Shown here one piece after another: positions 25,667-38,911 of a stretch of 64,000 nucleotides of DNA (within the stretch, counting starts at the first letter, position 1; each line of letters starts with the position of its first letter). The stretch spans positions 48,732,001-48,796,000 of the forward strand of contig OX597825.1 of assembly GCA_951406725.2 (NCBI GenBank), given 5' to 3'. The notes under the pieces were generated by a model. The model saw only the letters and a program-made list of their open reading frames with translations, was not told the DNA's origin and made no database searches. The stretch is from Octopus vulgaris (lineage: Eukaryota). The translations under genes were made by a program, and so were the position numbers.

Positions 25667-27515
25667 TATGTTTTGAGTAATATGATTGATAAATTGTACA
25701 GAGATAGTAGCTGGAGAATTCTGACAAAATTTCTAAAACTTACACAAGGCAACACCAATCATTGAAGAGGTCTAAAGTCGATTGAATCAATTGTTCATGT
25801 GCAGTTTATCGATCCCAGAGGAATAAAAAACGAATTTAACTCCGGACAGATTTGATCGCAGAAAAATTGAAGGGACGAAGTTAAATACAGCATTTAATTT
25901 AAACGTCTGTACGAGAAGCTACAATAATTAGAATCGGTCATGCGATGATAAAAACGAAACTGAAGGAGTTCTGTTTATATCCAAATTGTCAGAGTTGATT
26001 GTAGAGTCAAAAATTGGTTTCTAAAGGATTTTTAAAGACACTTGAGAATCTAGTGGAAGAGATGTAAACTACGAAAATAATTGATTTTAATTACAAAGAA
26101 TATTGAATTAATACAAATGTAAAGCCGAAGTCGTTAACGGTAGACGTTTAATGCGGATAAAAAATTCATGATGTTCTGAAAAAATTAGAATTATCAAGAA
26201 CATGCTTAGACAAGTTATTTTACACTCATAGCCATTTTATTTGGAATTAACTTGTCTACCAATCCATTACATTCAATTTATATTTGCTGTCTATTGTTTA
26301 ATTTCAGCTAATTGCACAGTAAACTACTTCAATTATATATTTCACGACAATTATGTACACTGTTGACTCTTGTCTCTCGTCTCTAAGGAACATATAGCTA
26401 AGACGTAAACATAATACAATCAATTTTATTCAAGCAAACAAATCACAAACATAAATCTAAATCTAAAATATAATTTTGTTTATAGAGAAACATTATAATT
26501 AATCAAACTTTTATATGTAAGTACATCAACAAATATATCTACTCCCTCATAAAGGTCAAACGATTGACAATCACAAAAAGATTAAGAGGAAAAATTATAT
26601 GAACTGCATTAAGTTTATGAGAATAAAGTTGCCTTGAATAGAATATAAAAAATATTTAAAATAAAATGCCCGGAAGATACAACTGTAAATACAGCTCTTA
26701 TTATCAGCACAGCGTCGAAGTTAAATTATACGCAGTCTTCTTTGTAATTAAATTCAAAATAGACAAGCTTAAATAATACGGAAGTGAAAAAAAAAGAAAA
26801 AAAAGAAAACATTAATCATTACGGAAATTCATATGTTCTTTATTGCATTGAAGTGTTTCATTTTGGAATGAGAGAATTCATACTTGCCAATTCCACGGAA
26901 TTATCAATATTTACTCCTAAAAATCAACGTTCAGTCTGCTACCAGAGATTTGTAAACATCAGCTTGTTGATTTCTTTCCTAGCCGGAAGTGTAATCAATT
27001 TTAATATGGTAGCCATGGTGATCACGCAACTTCTTAGCATTCATGGATCATCATTATTTTTGTCAGAAATATAAAAATAACTATTTTGTTGTTAACCCTC
27101 TTCAGTATAAATGTTACAATTGGGGTTGCAAACTGACCTAAAAGTCTTTATTTCTCTCTATGGTGATTTTTAAGAGAAATAGTCATTGAAACACTCGGTC
27201 ACTAATGTAAAGTCTTTATACTAATGAGCATTTCATGATTGTACCTTGGTCGTTATAATGGCCACTTCATTCCCTTTTACAGTACATAGATTTAATGGTT
27301 TTCATCGTATATTCACAACCTGCTCACATATTTGCTTTCTCTCTTTCCTTCTCTATCTCTCTCCTTTACTTTCTAGCACAAAAGTATATACAGTTAATAA
27401 TTCCATCAGCCTTGTTTATGTAATTAAATTCGGAGACACTAAGCAAAATGTACGGATTTAATATGTATTATATATGCATATATATGAATATTCGTTCGAA
27501 ATAGCTAATGATTAA

Positions 27516-27546
<31 letters not shown>

Positions 27547-27711
27547 CGCACACATAGCCCGCACTCACACATACACTTGGGTTAATGATATATTGTAATC
27601 AGTATGTAAACATGCGTGTGCGTGTCCATGTACGTGTAACCGAATTGTCCTTCGGTCAAAGAAATTATTTGGTAACCATTCAAGCAAGAATTATATTTTA
27701 TAGTAAAATTG

Positions 27712-27808
27712 TCTATGTGACGCGGCTGTGTGGTAGGAAGCTTCCTTCCCAACAACATATCTCCGGGTTCAGTCCCACTGCCTTGCATCTTGGGAAAGTG
27801 TCTCCTGA
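27712..27808 (+). mobile_element. CORE-SINE head, same family as 56373-56766
   Basis: gctgtgtggtaggaagctt..gggttcagtcccactgc..ttgggaaagtgtct. Confidence 0.8.
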
Positions 27809-27884
27809 AAGAAGCACGTAGTATATATTTCGTTTTTATATTAGGTTTGCAAGATTCTTTATGTGAATTCGTGTGTTGAAGCAT

Positions 27885-28527
27885 ATTTTATTGTGCCTGG
27901 GAAGAGTCATTCTCCTTTAGTGCCTTTTAATTTATCACACTCACTGGTTCGATTTCCACTCATTTACTTATTTATTTTTCCCAAAACTTTCGTTGCGTCT
28001 TGCAACCTTTTCAATAGTCGTTGACTCTGACTGCTTGTATGTGCATGAGTTTGTGTGACTATGTACGTGCGTCTGTTATGTATGAAAGTGTGTCTCCATA
28101 TGTGCCCTTGTGTGTGTATGTGTGAAGTGCACGTGTATGTATATGGTCATGTCTTTCAGTTTCCATGTGTGTATGTGCGTTGGTATGTGTGAGCTTGTCT
28201 GTGTATTACCTGTATACCTATCTATCTATCGATCGATCTATCTATCTATTTATCTAGTTACTTTCATATATGTTTACCTCCACGCCACACACACACACAC
28301 ACACACATACACACACGTCTACATGTATATTTCCTATTTATGAGGACCTACAGGATATTTCATTTATGAGGACTTACAAGAGTACGTCCTCATAAATGAA
28401 ACATCCCCAGTACTAAATAAGAAATATACGTAGAAGATAGTCATACACCAATACCTAGAGTTTATATATACACAGGTAGAGATGTTAGTAGGCTTTTATG
28501 TAGACGTATATATATATATATTTATCT

Positions 28528-28560
<33 letters not shown>

Positions 28561-28568
28561 GATTTATC

Positions 28569-28621
<53 letters not shown>

Positions 28622-28990
28622 CTATATATATATGTAGATAAATAGATATGGAAGTAAACGGATAGATAAATAGATAAATAGGTACATGGGTAATACGGAC
28701 AGACAAGCACACACATATACACACAAATACACACACAAATACACACGAATACACACATACATACATAAATACATATATACATACATACATATGAGTATAC
28801 ACATGCGCACAAACAAACACACAAACGAAAAGAACGCAGCTTTGATAACAGAGTCAATGGCTGTAGAAGAGGTTGCAAGATGCAACGGAAATTTTAGAAA
28901 AAATAAATGAAATGAGTAGAAATCGAACCGGTGAGTGTGTTAAGTAATAAGGCACTAAAAGAGAATGACTCTCTCCAGACACAATATTTA
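27885..28990. mobile_element. Inverted pair of PLE-terminus-like repeats flanking a microsatellite cluster
   Basis: 27885-28030 is the diverged reverse complement of 28848-28990. Confidence 0.6.
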
Positions 28991-28991
28991 T

Positions 28992-29185
28992 GCGTGTGTG
29001 TGTATTTGTCCCCCACGCCGGTGTTGGTTTGTTTACGTCCCCATAACCTAAAGCTTCGGCAAAAGAGACCGATAGAACAAGTACAAGGCTTTAAAAGAAG
29101 TACTGGGATCGATTTATTCGAATAGATTTCTTCAAGGCAGTGCCCAAGTAAGTCCGAAACAAGCTAAAGTATAAAAGAATAAAAT
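28992..29185 (+). mobile_element. SINE tail, same family as 56373-56766
   Basis: tttgtccccc..tttacgtccccataac..ttcggcaaaagagaccgatagaa.aagtac..gaaacaag, then an A-rich tail. Confidence 0.75.
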
Positions 29186-29379
29186 AATTTATAAGTTGTT
29201 GCTCTGTGATAGAGCTTGTGCATTTTCAGAACGGAAATATTTTAAAATTTGGCAGTTCCATCCTGGCGCATGTTGATATATGTCCGCTTAACGGGATTTT
29301 CATGAGTTTCCTACATTATTGATTTGTTGCTAGTGTCCCGTGAATCTTCTGCAAAGCAATAAACTCGTCATCCACAGAA

Positions 29380-30045
29380 AGTTATGGTGACCGGCTGAAC
29401 GTTCGCCGTCGTGACGAATTCTGAGCGGCACATATGTTCTTCACCTGCGCGGTGAGTTTCCTAATGGCCTGCAGAGTGTCCGCTTGAATGGAATCAGGCT
29501 GCTGAAAAGAAGCTACGACTATTGAGGGGGAAGGAAAAACAGTAGCCAATTTGTTGTCCGCAGTTCCATTTCCAGTGTACTCCAAGATTCTATCGGCAGA
29601 CAAGGCTAACTAGTCGATGAGAGTGATGTCCATGCTAAGGGCGAGAATCCCCTGCACGTGCGAAGGCAAACGAGAGAAGAAAAGCTGTTTCAGAAAGGAG
29701 CTGTTTTTGAAAGAACCCTCGGTGAGCTCTCTCATTCTGCGCAGCAGTTGAGTCGGCGTCCTGTCCTCCAAATATTCGTCACAAATTAACGTGCGGAAAC
29801 GCTTGCTCTCGGGTATGGCCGTCCTGTGAATAATCTCTCACTTGACGGATGAATACGCAGCATCTTTAGGGGTGTCAATGATGATATCCTTGAGACTAAT
29901 AGCCAGTGAGGGAGAGATAGAACTCAGCAGTTGCTGCCGCTCGGATGAAATGTCACTCGCCACGAAATACGAGTCCAACTGGGAAAACCAGAGCCGCACA
30001 TCACTAATGGCTGGTAATGGTGAATGGCTCATTCTGACTGAAGTC
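29380..30045 (-). pseudogene. Ty3/Gypsy gag remnant
   Basis: DVRLWFSQLDSYF..LKDII..P....YSSVK / LEDRTPTQLLRRMREL..FLKQLFFSRLPSHVQGILAL..LA.SADRILE. Confidence 0.85.
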
Positions 30046-30391
30046 TAAATTGACAAAAACAAACAGGCACAGTCTGACAAAATCTTTCGTGACTCGTATT
30101 CTCACTCCAAATTTGTATATTAGAACCTATGATAAGGCAAACTCGAATAATGTTAAGCAATGGCGGCGAGCGGGCAAAATCCAGACGAAAACGGTGCATG
30201 CATGAGGCACATGGTCAAGCGATGGAGACGAAGGCCATCCGCCATGTTGTATACAACAGAATATTGACACACATGGGTGTCAAAAAGGAGAACCGGCTAT
30301 TCAAAATACTATTTGTTTTTGTTTTTACACGTATCTCCTGCCCTTCCTTCTTTTTTTTTCTTAAGGAAGATATCCGATAGATATTTTCCGG

Positions 30392-30405
30392 CGTCGGGGT
30401 CACCA
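30392..30405 (-). promoter_or_regulatory. Primer-binding site complementary to tRNA-Trp
   Basis: TGGTGACCCCGACG is complementary to the eukaryotic tRNA-Trp 3' end CGUCGGGGUCACCA (from memory); it lies between LTR and gag. Confidence 0.85.
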
Positions 30406-30407
30406 CT

Positions 30408-30845
30408 TTAGCAGATTTTTAGCCCACTAATTTAATATAATGTTCGGTCATCCTTCGATCGCTGTTAGAATCAATCCAGTGAGGAACAACAACAACTCGT
30501 GTGAGATTTGTGAAAACTTCGAGGGATTTATTCCGATCCGGGATGAGAGCATTTACACAGCTTGAACATTTACATTCAGTAGAACAAAATGGAATTTGAA
30601 CCAGGAAATTTTTTCGAATTGCCGCATTCCATGACTGGGGAAAGAGGATTTAAGAAAATTCAATCAACGAGAAGTTGTCTCGTAGCAGGAACAGAGATGG
30701 AAAAGCCGTGGCTAGCTGCAGGTAGCATGTGACAGAAAGAAGATATTACCTGTTTGTGCACGTCTTTTATAGCTATGAAACGAGCGCCACCTAGTTGCTA
30801 ACGATGTGACAGGGAAGATAACTATAGGTGACTCTCATTAGAACA
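30408..30845 (-). mobile_element. 5' LTR of the Gypsy element
   Basis: Starts TGTT at 30845, TATAAAA near 30765-30771, ATTAAA near 30431, ends just before the PBS. No partner LTR seen. Confidence 0.6.
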
Positions 30846-30859
30846 TGACGGCACTGGAT

Positions 30860-31640
30860 TCAAATAAGGTTGCCTTCAGATATGTACCACATTTTGGACT
30901 ACAAAATTTAGTAAACTTAGGGTTGGGTACATGTTTGCCGAAGTTAAAATGTTTTTTCGAAGTCTTCGGTTGCCTTTGCTTTGATGCTAAGTTGATTTTC
31001 TTAGGATATTTTCAATTTTTTGTTTTGAATTTCAAGCAGAATAGATCTGTTGCTAAACGTTTCATTATTACTTGGGTTAAAAGTAGACACAAAAGTAAAA
31101 CATTTTGGGGGGCTTTATTTCTTATATTTTTGACATCAAGGGGATCTAAACATTTTGCCCTTTCTATTCCATTTACAATAAAACTGAGTGACAACATCCT
31201 TAGTATTATTTTTAGTTCTAAATTTTGATCCTGTATTGCAATGTTTTATAGAATTGAGGACATTCTCTTAGCTAAGTTGAAGAGAATATATCTTTTTAAA
31301 AATAAGTTTAGGATGGCCGGATGTGAAAGGTAGTTAATGTTTGGAACCTGTGGGTATGAAGTGAATATACATTTCATATTTACTCATGATTAAAATGTCT
31401 ATAAATGGTGGTGCTTTCTGGTTGAATTTCTTCGTAAATTGAATATTGTCGTTTATATTATTTATCAAATTCTTAAATTTCAGTCGTTGATTTAGATCAT
31501 CATCCCACAAAATTAAACAGTAATCTAGGTATCTTTTCCCATTTTCTCTTCAATGCATGTACAATGTATCTCCAAATATGTATGTAGATTGTGTCTCCAG
31601 TAGATACTTCATAGACATCCTTTTCATGTTGACCTATTAT
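30860..31640 (-). mobile_element. Penelope-like RT/thumb remnant
   Basis: ENGKRYLDYCLILW (RYLDD), NIQFT..PFIDILI, PTGS...LPFTSGHP, FNLAKR, FVSTFNP, KQPK, KFCSPKCGT. Confidence 0.85.
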
Positions 31641-31834
31641 TAGGCGTAACTTAGGTTCCCCCTGCAGTCCCCGATATTTAACGGCGCATTGAATCCTTTT
31701 CTTAGCCAATCAGTTCCGGATTTAACCCCGAATACTTAGAAAAATAAGTACTGGGATCTATTCAATTCTTCAAGGCCGTGCCTTTGCATGCTCCAGTCTA
31801 ATGACTGAAACAAGTTAAAAGATTTTATACAATA

Positions 31835-32535
31835 TCTATTATATAAAATCCGTTCTGTCTGTGCGTGTGTGTGTCTTCTAGGATCTCGGGTCCTCCATGC
31901 CATTGCGCTCAAATTTGATATGTAGATACCGACAGTATCAGGGTGTGTACAAATCTTGGAAAAAGTACAAAAATCGATTCCAGGTGAAAATGCGATCGAT
32001 AAAGCCATGGGAACGTGCATTTGTACGCGCAAGTACATCAGCTGTTGCGATCGATACTACACGTACGCGAGAAAAATGCACGTGCAGTTTGCGCCAAAAA
32101 ATCATCATGCTTTTCTATCTAGATTTACCTCCAGCTAACCCCTTTGCATGCATCGCTTTTGTCCTGCTTTTCTTCCGTCAACCTGTACATAACTGCACCT
32201 TCCATTTTTTGTTGTTTTTGTACTGCTTGTAGGCACGTTCCTTTCCTGCCAAGCTTACCGTTTAAACCATGTTTGTGTTCTACCAGTCAACAGCCTTATC
32301 ATTACTGGTACTTTCAACTATTCGGTTGCATATTTGTGTGAATAAAATTGCTTTTCTTTGGAATAGAAAAAAGCCTACCTTAAATTTTTTCTTTTGCTGG
32401 TGTCTCAAATTTAGATTAAATCAGTGTTTCTCAAATGGGAGGCCTATGAGACGGTCGGACAAGTTGTTTTGAGAAAATTTGGTTTAAATGTCTGACAACT
32501 CAGCACCGTCCATTGGACGGGGGGCGTTTTGCTCG
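31835..32535 (+). mobile_element. Non-autonomous Helitron
   Basis: A|TCTATTATATAAAA 5' end followed by TG repeats; hairpin ccgtcc-att-ggacgg at 32506-32520; CTCG|T (CTAG variant) 11 nt later. Confidence 0.8.
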
Positions 32536-32576
32536 TATATATATATATTATAAGAGCACAAAGTGTACATACGCCG

Positions 32577-32617
<41 letters not shown>

Positions 32618-34358
32618 TATTATATTAAATTAGAGATAAAACCACTATTAGGCAAATCAAACAGTGAAAATCATAAGCCAATACATAGAAATAAAATTAA
32701 TTAAAAAAAAACATAAAATATAAAAAATATAAAATTTCAAATTAGAATATTTAAATTAAAGTTAGAATTAAAAAAATTATTTAAATAATTTAAACTTATA
32801 AATTTTAAATATATATATATTTATTATTATTTTATTTTATTTATTTATTTTTCTAAATATATAACTATCAAAAAGTATTAAAAGTTTAACATAAGATAAA
32901 GAGTAAACACACTACGATTGTTTCCTGCCCGTAACCAATTCGAATAACAATAATTTAAATTCAATTAATAATTCGAATTTTGGTTACAGTCAATATTCAG
33001 GTTAATTGTAATATTTTAATAAATAATCAGAAATATTTAAACAATATTTTTAAGAAATAAATAATATAATAATTTTACTTATAAAAAACTCTATTATCAA
33101 ACTAGAAACTTAACGATTATAATTATATCAAAACATCAATTAAATATTAATTTTAATTTTTAAGTATTAATTTTTAAGGTAAGAAACCCACCAATAATCT
33201 AATATCAGTAATAGTCAATATCTAATTACATAAATATTTTACAAAAAAGCTATTATATTATTAAAAATATGAAATTTAAATAATATATAAATTATCAATG
33301 AAAATATATAAATGTATATCAATAAGATCTAAAATAATCTCTATAAATAAATATATATGCACATATAATAAAGACCTAATAAATTAATTTTTCATATCTA
33401 AAGATGAAATAGCTAATTTCAAAAATGCAAACAAACAATCTTAAACGAACGCTATAGCAAATTAACTATCTTTATATCTTGTTGGCTAAATAATAACTTT
33501 CAGAAATCTTATATTTAAAATACTTAAAGAAATAATCAATTCTTATATAGTATCAAATAAATACTATAAATATATTTATCAATGGGAATAATAAAACTAG
33601 CAAATATCAATTTAAAAAGACAATATATAAGTTAAAATAATAATTATAAGGAATTTAAAACTACAATTAATGCTATTAATACATGTATATACATAAACCT
33701 AACTTTAAACAACTCGTATACTTGCTATCAAACAACATATCTATCGCTAAGAAAATTCTTACGAATAAACTTAAAGTTAATATCTAATAATTATATAGAA
33801 AATTACGATAATTAGATCATTACATAAACAACCATATTTACATTAAAAAAATATTATTACACCATAAGACTTATAAAATATTAAAATTTAAAGATCTGAA
33901 ATATAAATATATACTTAGCTTAGCGGGATTTTGTGATGAACCAAACCTTTGAATCGGAAAACGTCTTTACAGCGTTTATAAGAATACTCGTGGAATTACG
34001 TTATTAGCAAAAAAAGAATAAATTTTTGAAGAATTCATTAAGCGTGAGGAACAAATACGCTTTATCAATGAAGATTGTGAATGCGAACAGTTATGGTTTA
34101 TCAATAAATGTAAATAGAATGAAGTCACAAATAAAGAATAAAATCACTCTATATTATAAGATTTATTAATAAAATAACTATGATAAATAATACTTAATAC
34201 AGAGTAAATTAAATAATTAAAAACCACTAATTATTATATATACTCTAAAAATCTTATATGATTAATAATATATGATTAAATATATAAAAAAAGTTTTTAT
34301 AGTAACCCCTCAACGTACTATAAATTATTTCCCAATTACTCTTATAATTATAAGCTAA

Positions 34359-34936
34359 AACTATATAATTCATCACTATTTAACCTTTAAAGGTATTTTT
34401 TAATATGCTGGCCATTGATAAAATCTTTTCGAAAATGTTATCCTATATTAGATGTAAATTTAATACTATTCACTTCCGGACTCTCTCACTATATGAGAAT
34501 TATCAGCTCGATGACTCGTGTCTTGAGGAATGTTGTAGAATTTCTATTTTGGATATATTTGGGGTACTTAAGTGTACACATGACTCAGTGTTTACCTCTT
34601 CCATGGGTGCGAGAAAGTATCTAATTTATTTTCTTATCGTATTTATCGCTGACGACGAGAAAATTCTGTATGAATTAACTCAGAAGTCGGGGCCGATTCT
34701 ATAATAACGAAATGTTTTAGAAATTTCTGTCGGCTTGCTTCGAGATGCGTGTTTATAGTGATGAATTATATAGTTAGTGACGATTTAAGTCTATTATCGG
34801 CATATTTGGCATTGGAAGTATTTTCTTTTGCTCTTATTTATAAATTGTTTATAAATTTAACCTTTAATGGAATTTTTTAATATGATGGCCATTGATAAAA
34901 TTTATTCGAAAATTTCATCCTATATTAGATGTAAAA
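34359..34936 (+). mobile_element. ORF-less ~477 bp monomer with terminal direct repeat, ending in (TA)n
   Basis: 34379-34458 recurs at 34856-34935; 34359-34379 is an inverted copy of 34755-34775; CTGACGA at ~34649. Homologous to 35522-36513. Confidence 0.6.
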
Positions 34937-34979
<43 letters not shown>

Positions 34980-34981
<2 letters not shown>

Positions 34982-35400
34982 AAATACAAAATGGGACAAG
35001 AACGCAAAACACCCGGACAACTAGGTGATACAAAAAGAGACAACAGAACATCCAGATAGACGATAGAAAAAAACAAGGACGGGTCATTCGAAGTTTTCTA
35101 TCCTCAGTCAAGAACCGGATCATCCTCTCAATTTCGGCTGATTAATCTTGAGATTGTTCCAATCTGGCCAGCCCAAAGGAAAAACTAAGCTATGAGCATT
35201 AGATTCCTTGTAATAAAGTATCAAATGTATACGAAAACAAGGACGGAAAAACAGACGATGTTCCACGAATATAAATACAAAATACAAAAAAAAAAATAAT
35301 AATAACAGGACATAATAACAGGTGTCTTTCGACTGGGGACGAATTGAATTCAGCTGGCCTGTGTGGAAATGAAGACTTACGGTAGAGATATAAAACTTTT
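34980..35400. repeat. Unclassified interspersed repeat between microsatellites
   Basis: Sharply bounded by (TA)n and (GA)n; resembles octopus TA-associated repeats as I recall them. Confidence 0.35.
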
Positions 35401-35471
35401 TTTTATATATGGAGAAAGAAAGAGAGTGAGAGAGAGAGAGAAAAGTATCGTTACACACATGCATGGAATTT

Positions 35472-35521
<50 letters not shown>

Positions 35522-35522
<1 letters not shown>

Positions 35523-36591
35523 ACTATTAATATAGGGTGAAGTTTGTTTACAGAAAAAAAAAATCCATCAAAAAAATGTGGCAGCATATTAAAATACCTT
35601 AAGGTTAAAATTATAAACAACTTATAAATAAGGGCAAAAGAAAATTATTTCTATGCCAATATACTGATAACAGACTTTTAAATCGTCAATTTCCACATAT
35701 TATTTACTCGCTACAGAAAACACGAAGAGCTGAAATCGAGGAAAGCCAGCCAATAGAATTTTTTTAAAAAGTTCGTTATTTCTATATTGAATTAATTTCG
35801 GAATTAATCTCATAATAGATTTTTTCCTCTTCAGTAGAAAATACGAAAAGATATAAATAAGATACATGCGCCCATGGAAAAAAGCCGAAGCAAAAATCAT
35901 GAGTATATATAAGTACCCCAGATATATCTAAAAATAAAATCCTTTGGTCAGCCTCAGCACACGTGTGAACTGTTCTCCACTACAGCTTATAGTGGTTACC
36001 GGTCCCTATAGAGAATAGTAATAAGTCTACTACTAATATAGGATGAAGTTTGTTTACAGAAAAAAATTCCATAAAAAAATTTGGCAGCATATTAAAATAC
36101 CTTTAAGGTTAAAATTATAAACAACTTATAAATAAGGGCAAAAGAAAATTATTTCTATGCCAATATGCTGATAGCAAACTTTTAAATTGTCAATTTCCAC
36201 ATATTATTTACTCGCTACAGAAAACACGAAGAGCTGAAATCGAGGAAAGCCAGCCAATAGAATTTTTTAAAAAAGTTCGTTATTTCTATATTGAATCAAT
36301 TTCGGGATTAATCTCATAATAGATTTTTTCCTCTTCAGTAGAAAATACGAAAAGATATAAATAAGATCCTTACATGCGCCCATGGAAAAAAGCCGAAGCA
36401 AAGTACCCCAGATATATCTAAAAATAAAATCCTTTGGTCAGCCTCAGCACACGTGTGAACTGTTCTCCACTACAGCTTATAGTGGTTACCAGTCCCTATA
36501 GCGAATAGTAATATGTGGAAATTGACAATTTAAAAGTCTGTTATCAGCATATTGGCATAGAAATAATTTTCTTTAGCACTTATTTATAAGT

Positions 36592-36594
<3 letters not shown>
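35522..36594 (-). mobile_element. Tandem dimer of a ~506 bp monomer plus inverted arm, inside (TA)n
   Basis: 35522-36027 repeats at 36028-36513; 36509-36594 is the reverse complement of ~35617-35703; minus-strand CTGAAGA once per monomer. Confidence 0.8.
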
Positions 36595-36677
<83 letters not shown>

Positions 36678-36723
36678 CATATATATATATGTATATATAT
36701 ATATATGTATATATATATGTATG

Positions 36724-36757
<34 letters not shown>

Positions 36758-36924
36758 GTCATCTGATCAATGGTACTCGAAAACAACCATCACCAGGTTA
36801 CCACCTGTCGGCAGGCGTTAAAAGGTCAGGTCGAAGGATATTTGGTCGCAGACATTTCAAGATGACCTGAAGACAGTCAACCTTGCTTGGAATAGATATG
36901 CATGAGTATCAGCCAACCAAACTT

Positions 36925-37160
36925 GCTTAAGGAAGCTTGCTTCCCAATGTGCTGAGTAGCAGCAGAAGGTCATAAAGATAATAATAAAAAGCTTTGTTTA
37001 CACCCCTCTAATTTAGCAGTTCTGCAAAAAAAATTCCTAGAGAATAAGTACCAGGCATAGAAAAATAACCACTGAAGTCAATTCGTTCGGTTAAACTCAC
37101 AAGACCGTGTAGCGGCATGGTTGCACGTCTAATGAGTGAATTAAGTAAAAAATGAAAATG
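36925..37160 (+). mobile_element. Degenerate CORE-SINE pieces
   Basis: aagcttgcttccca..tttagcagttctgcaaaa..tagaataagtaccaggc..ggcatgg..taatga.tgaa. Confidence 0.5.
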
Positions 37161-38836
37161 TGTGTGTGTGTGTGTGTGTGCGTGTTTGAGTGTGTGTGCG
37201 TATAATGTGTGTGTGTGTTATAAAATTCCTTATAGCTGCTTAGGCACTAAGCTCCGAATCTCTCAACAGTTAAACATCCTGTGCCAGCATGCCTGTAATG
37301 CCAACAGTGAAACAAGATCATTTATTTTTCTGTCAACCAGTATGATGTACATGTGTAGAGTAGAGTAGAGTACTACATATACGTGTATGTGCATGTCCGC
37401 GCACATACAAACATAAAGAGCATAATACTTAATTATCAAATGAGGGTGCTTTGTCTATTTAACAGCTAGAAACAACAGCCAAATTGCCTTAAAATTGCAC
37501 TCTACGAATGATCATTTTGATAAATTATATAATAGAAAAGATGTCTTATGAAGCAGGTGGAAATATCATTAATAGAGATAGGGGAAAGTCATCACTTAAG
37601 TTTGGTTGGAGAACGGACATCCGATTGGCTACTGAATTATAGAATCAGATTTTGGAAATGCCTCAAAGGAAATCACTATCAAGCCGTTCCTATTAATGTA
37701 CCACATTGTATATGTTTGTGGCGTAAATTTGAAATAATATTTTTGTAATAAGGATATTAGAAAAAAAAAAAAAATAAACAAGAGACATCGGAGATGCGAT
37801 GCACACCCTGCGCACAGATAAATTTTTTCGCAAATTATAGTGTGGCTTACAATGCGTTGTTTACCCATGATTTTTAATTGAAATGAATTAAGCTTTGTAA
37901 GTGTTTGACGAAACATGTTTATCGGGAAATTTGTAAGTTGGATTAAGAAATTTTTTTACGTATCACCATTATAGGTATCGATACTCAGGTAAAATTAAGA
38001 AATCAACTCGTGAATAAACGAAATCCTCGAATCCAACACTGTATACACGCACACACATGCACACACAGATTCACACAAACACACACACGCAGTCGCATAT
38101 TTATGTATGTATTTATGTATGTATGTATCTACCCGCACATGTCTACGCGCATACGTACACCATAATCTATACTTGTGCTGGCGAGGGTAATTGATATAAA
38201 AATGAAAGTGAACAAAATGAAATACTTATAGAAAATATTGCATAGAATATGCGAAGTGTTTTGAAAGTCTTTCATTTATGGTAGGTGAAACAAATGTTCG
38301 CTGTAGGATATAAATAATATGACCTCTTGCTTTTCGGAAAATTTGTAGGTTCGATTAAGAAATTTTTTAAGTACCGCCATTATAGAAGTGGCAAATTTCC
38401 AAGGGCAATTTCGGAAAAGAAAATAAATTGAAAAAATATAATGGGTTGTATGATAATAAAATTGACTAGCGTTCTCTTAGGTGAGACCTGAATAAGAAAG
38501 TATCCTATAACTAACAGCATTTAATTTCCTTCTTTGAGATTAGTATTTATGGTCAATTTGCGCGCACTCTTCTTTCTAATGAAGTTTTTGTCTAACTCCA
38601 TTCAGATGACGTCAGTAGTATTTACGTTCGATTTTCAAACAGCCATTTCCAAACATTTGACAAACAAAAACTAAGAGTGCACAAAAAATAGCTTCCTTCT
38701 ATTTAGTTCCGTGTTCTTAGAGAGCGACGGAAATGGTGGCTTTGAATAAATCCTAACACTTAAATAACGCAGCATAATGACCAGGCATACAAGCACACAC
38801 ACAAACACACAAACACACACAGTCATACTCACACGC

Positions 38837-38911
<75 letters not shown>

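Noticed and set aside
35075-35115. CTGAGGA..CGAA..GTC hammerhead-like string on minus
   Set aside because: No stem I pairing and GAAA incomplete.
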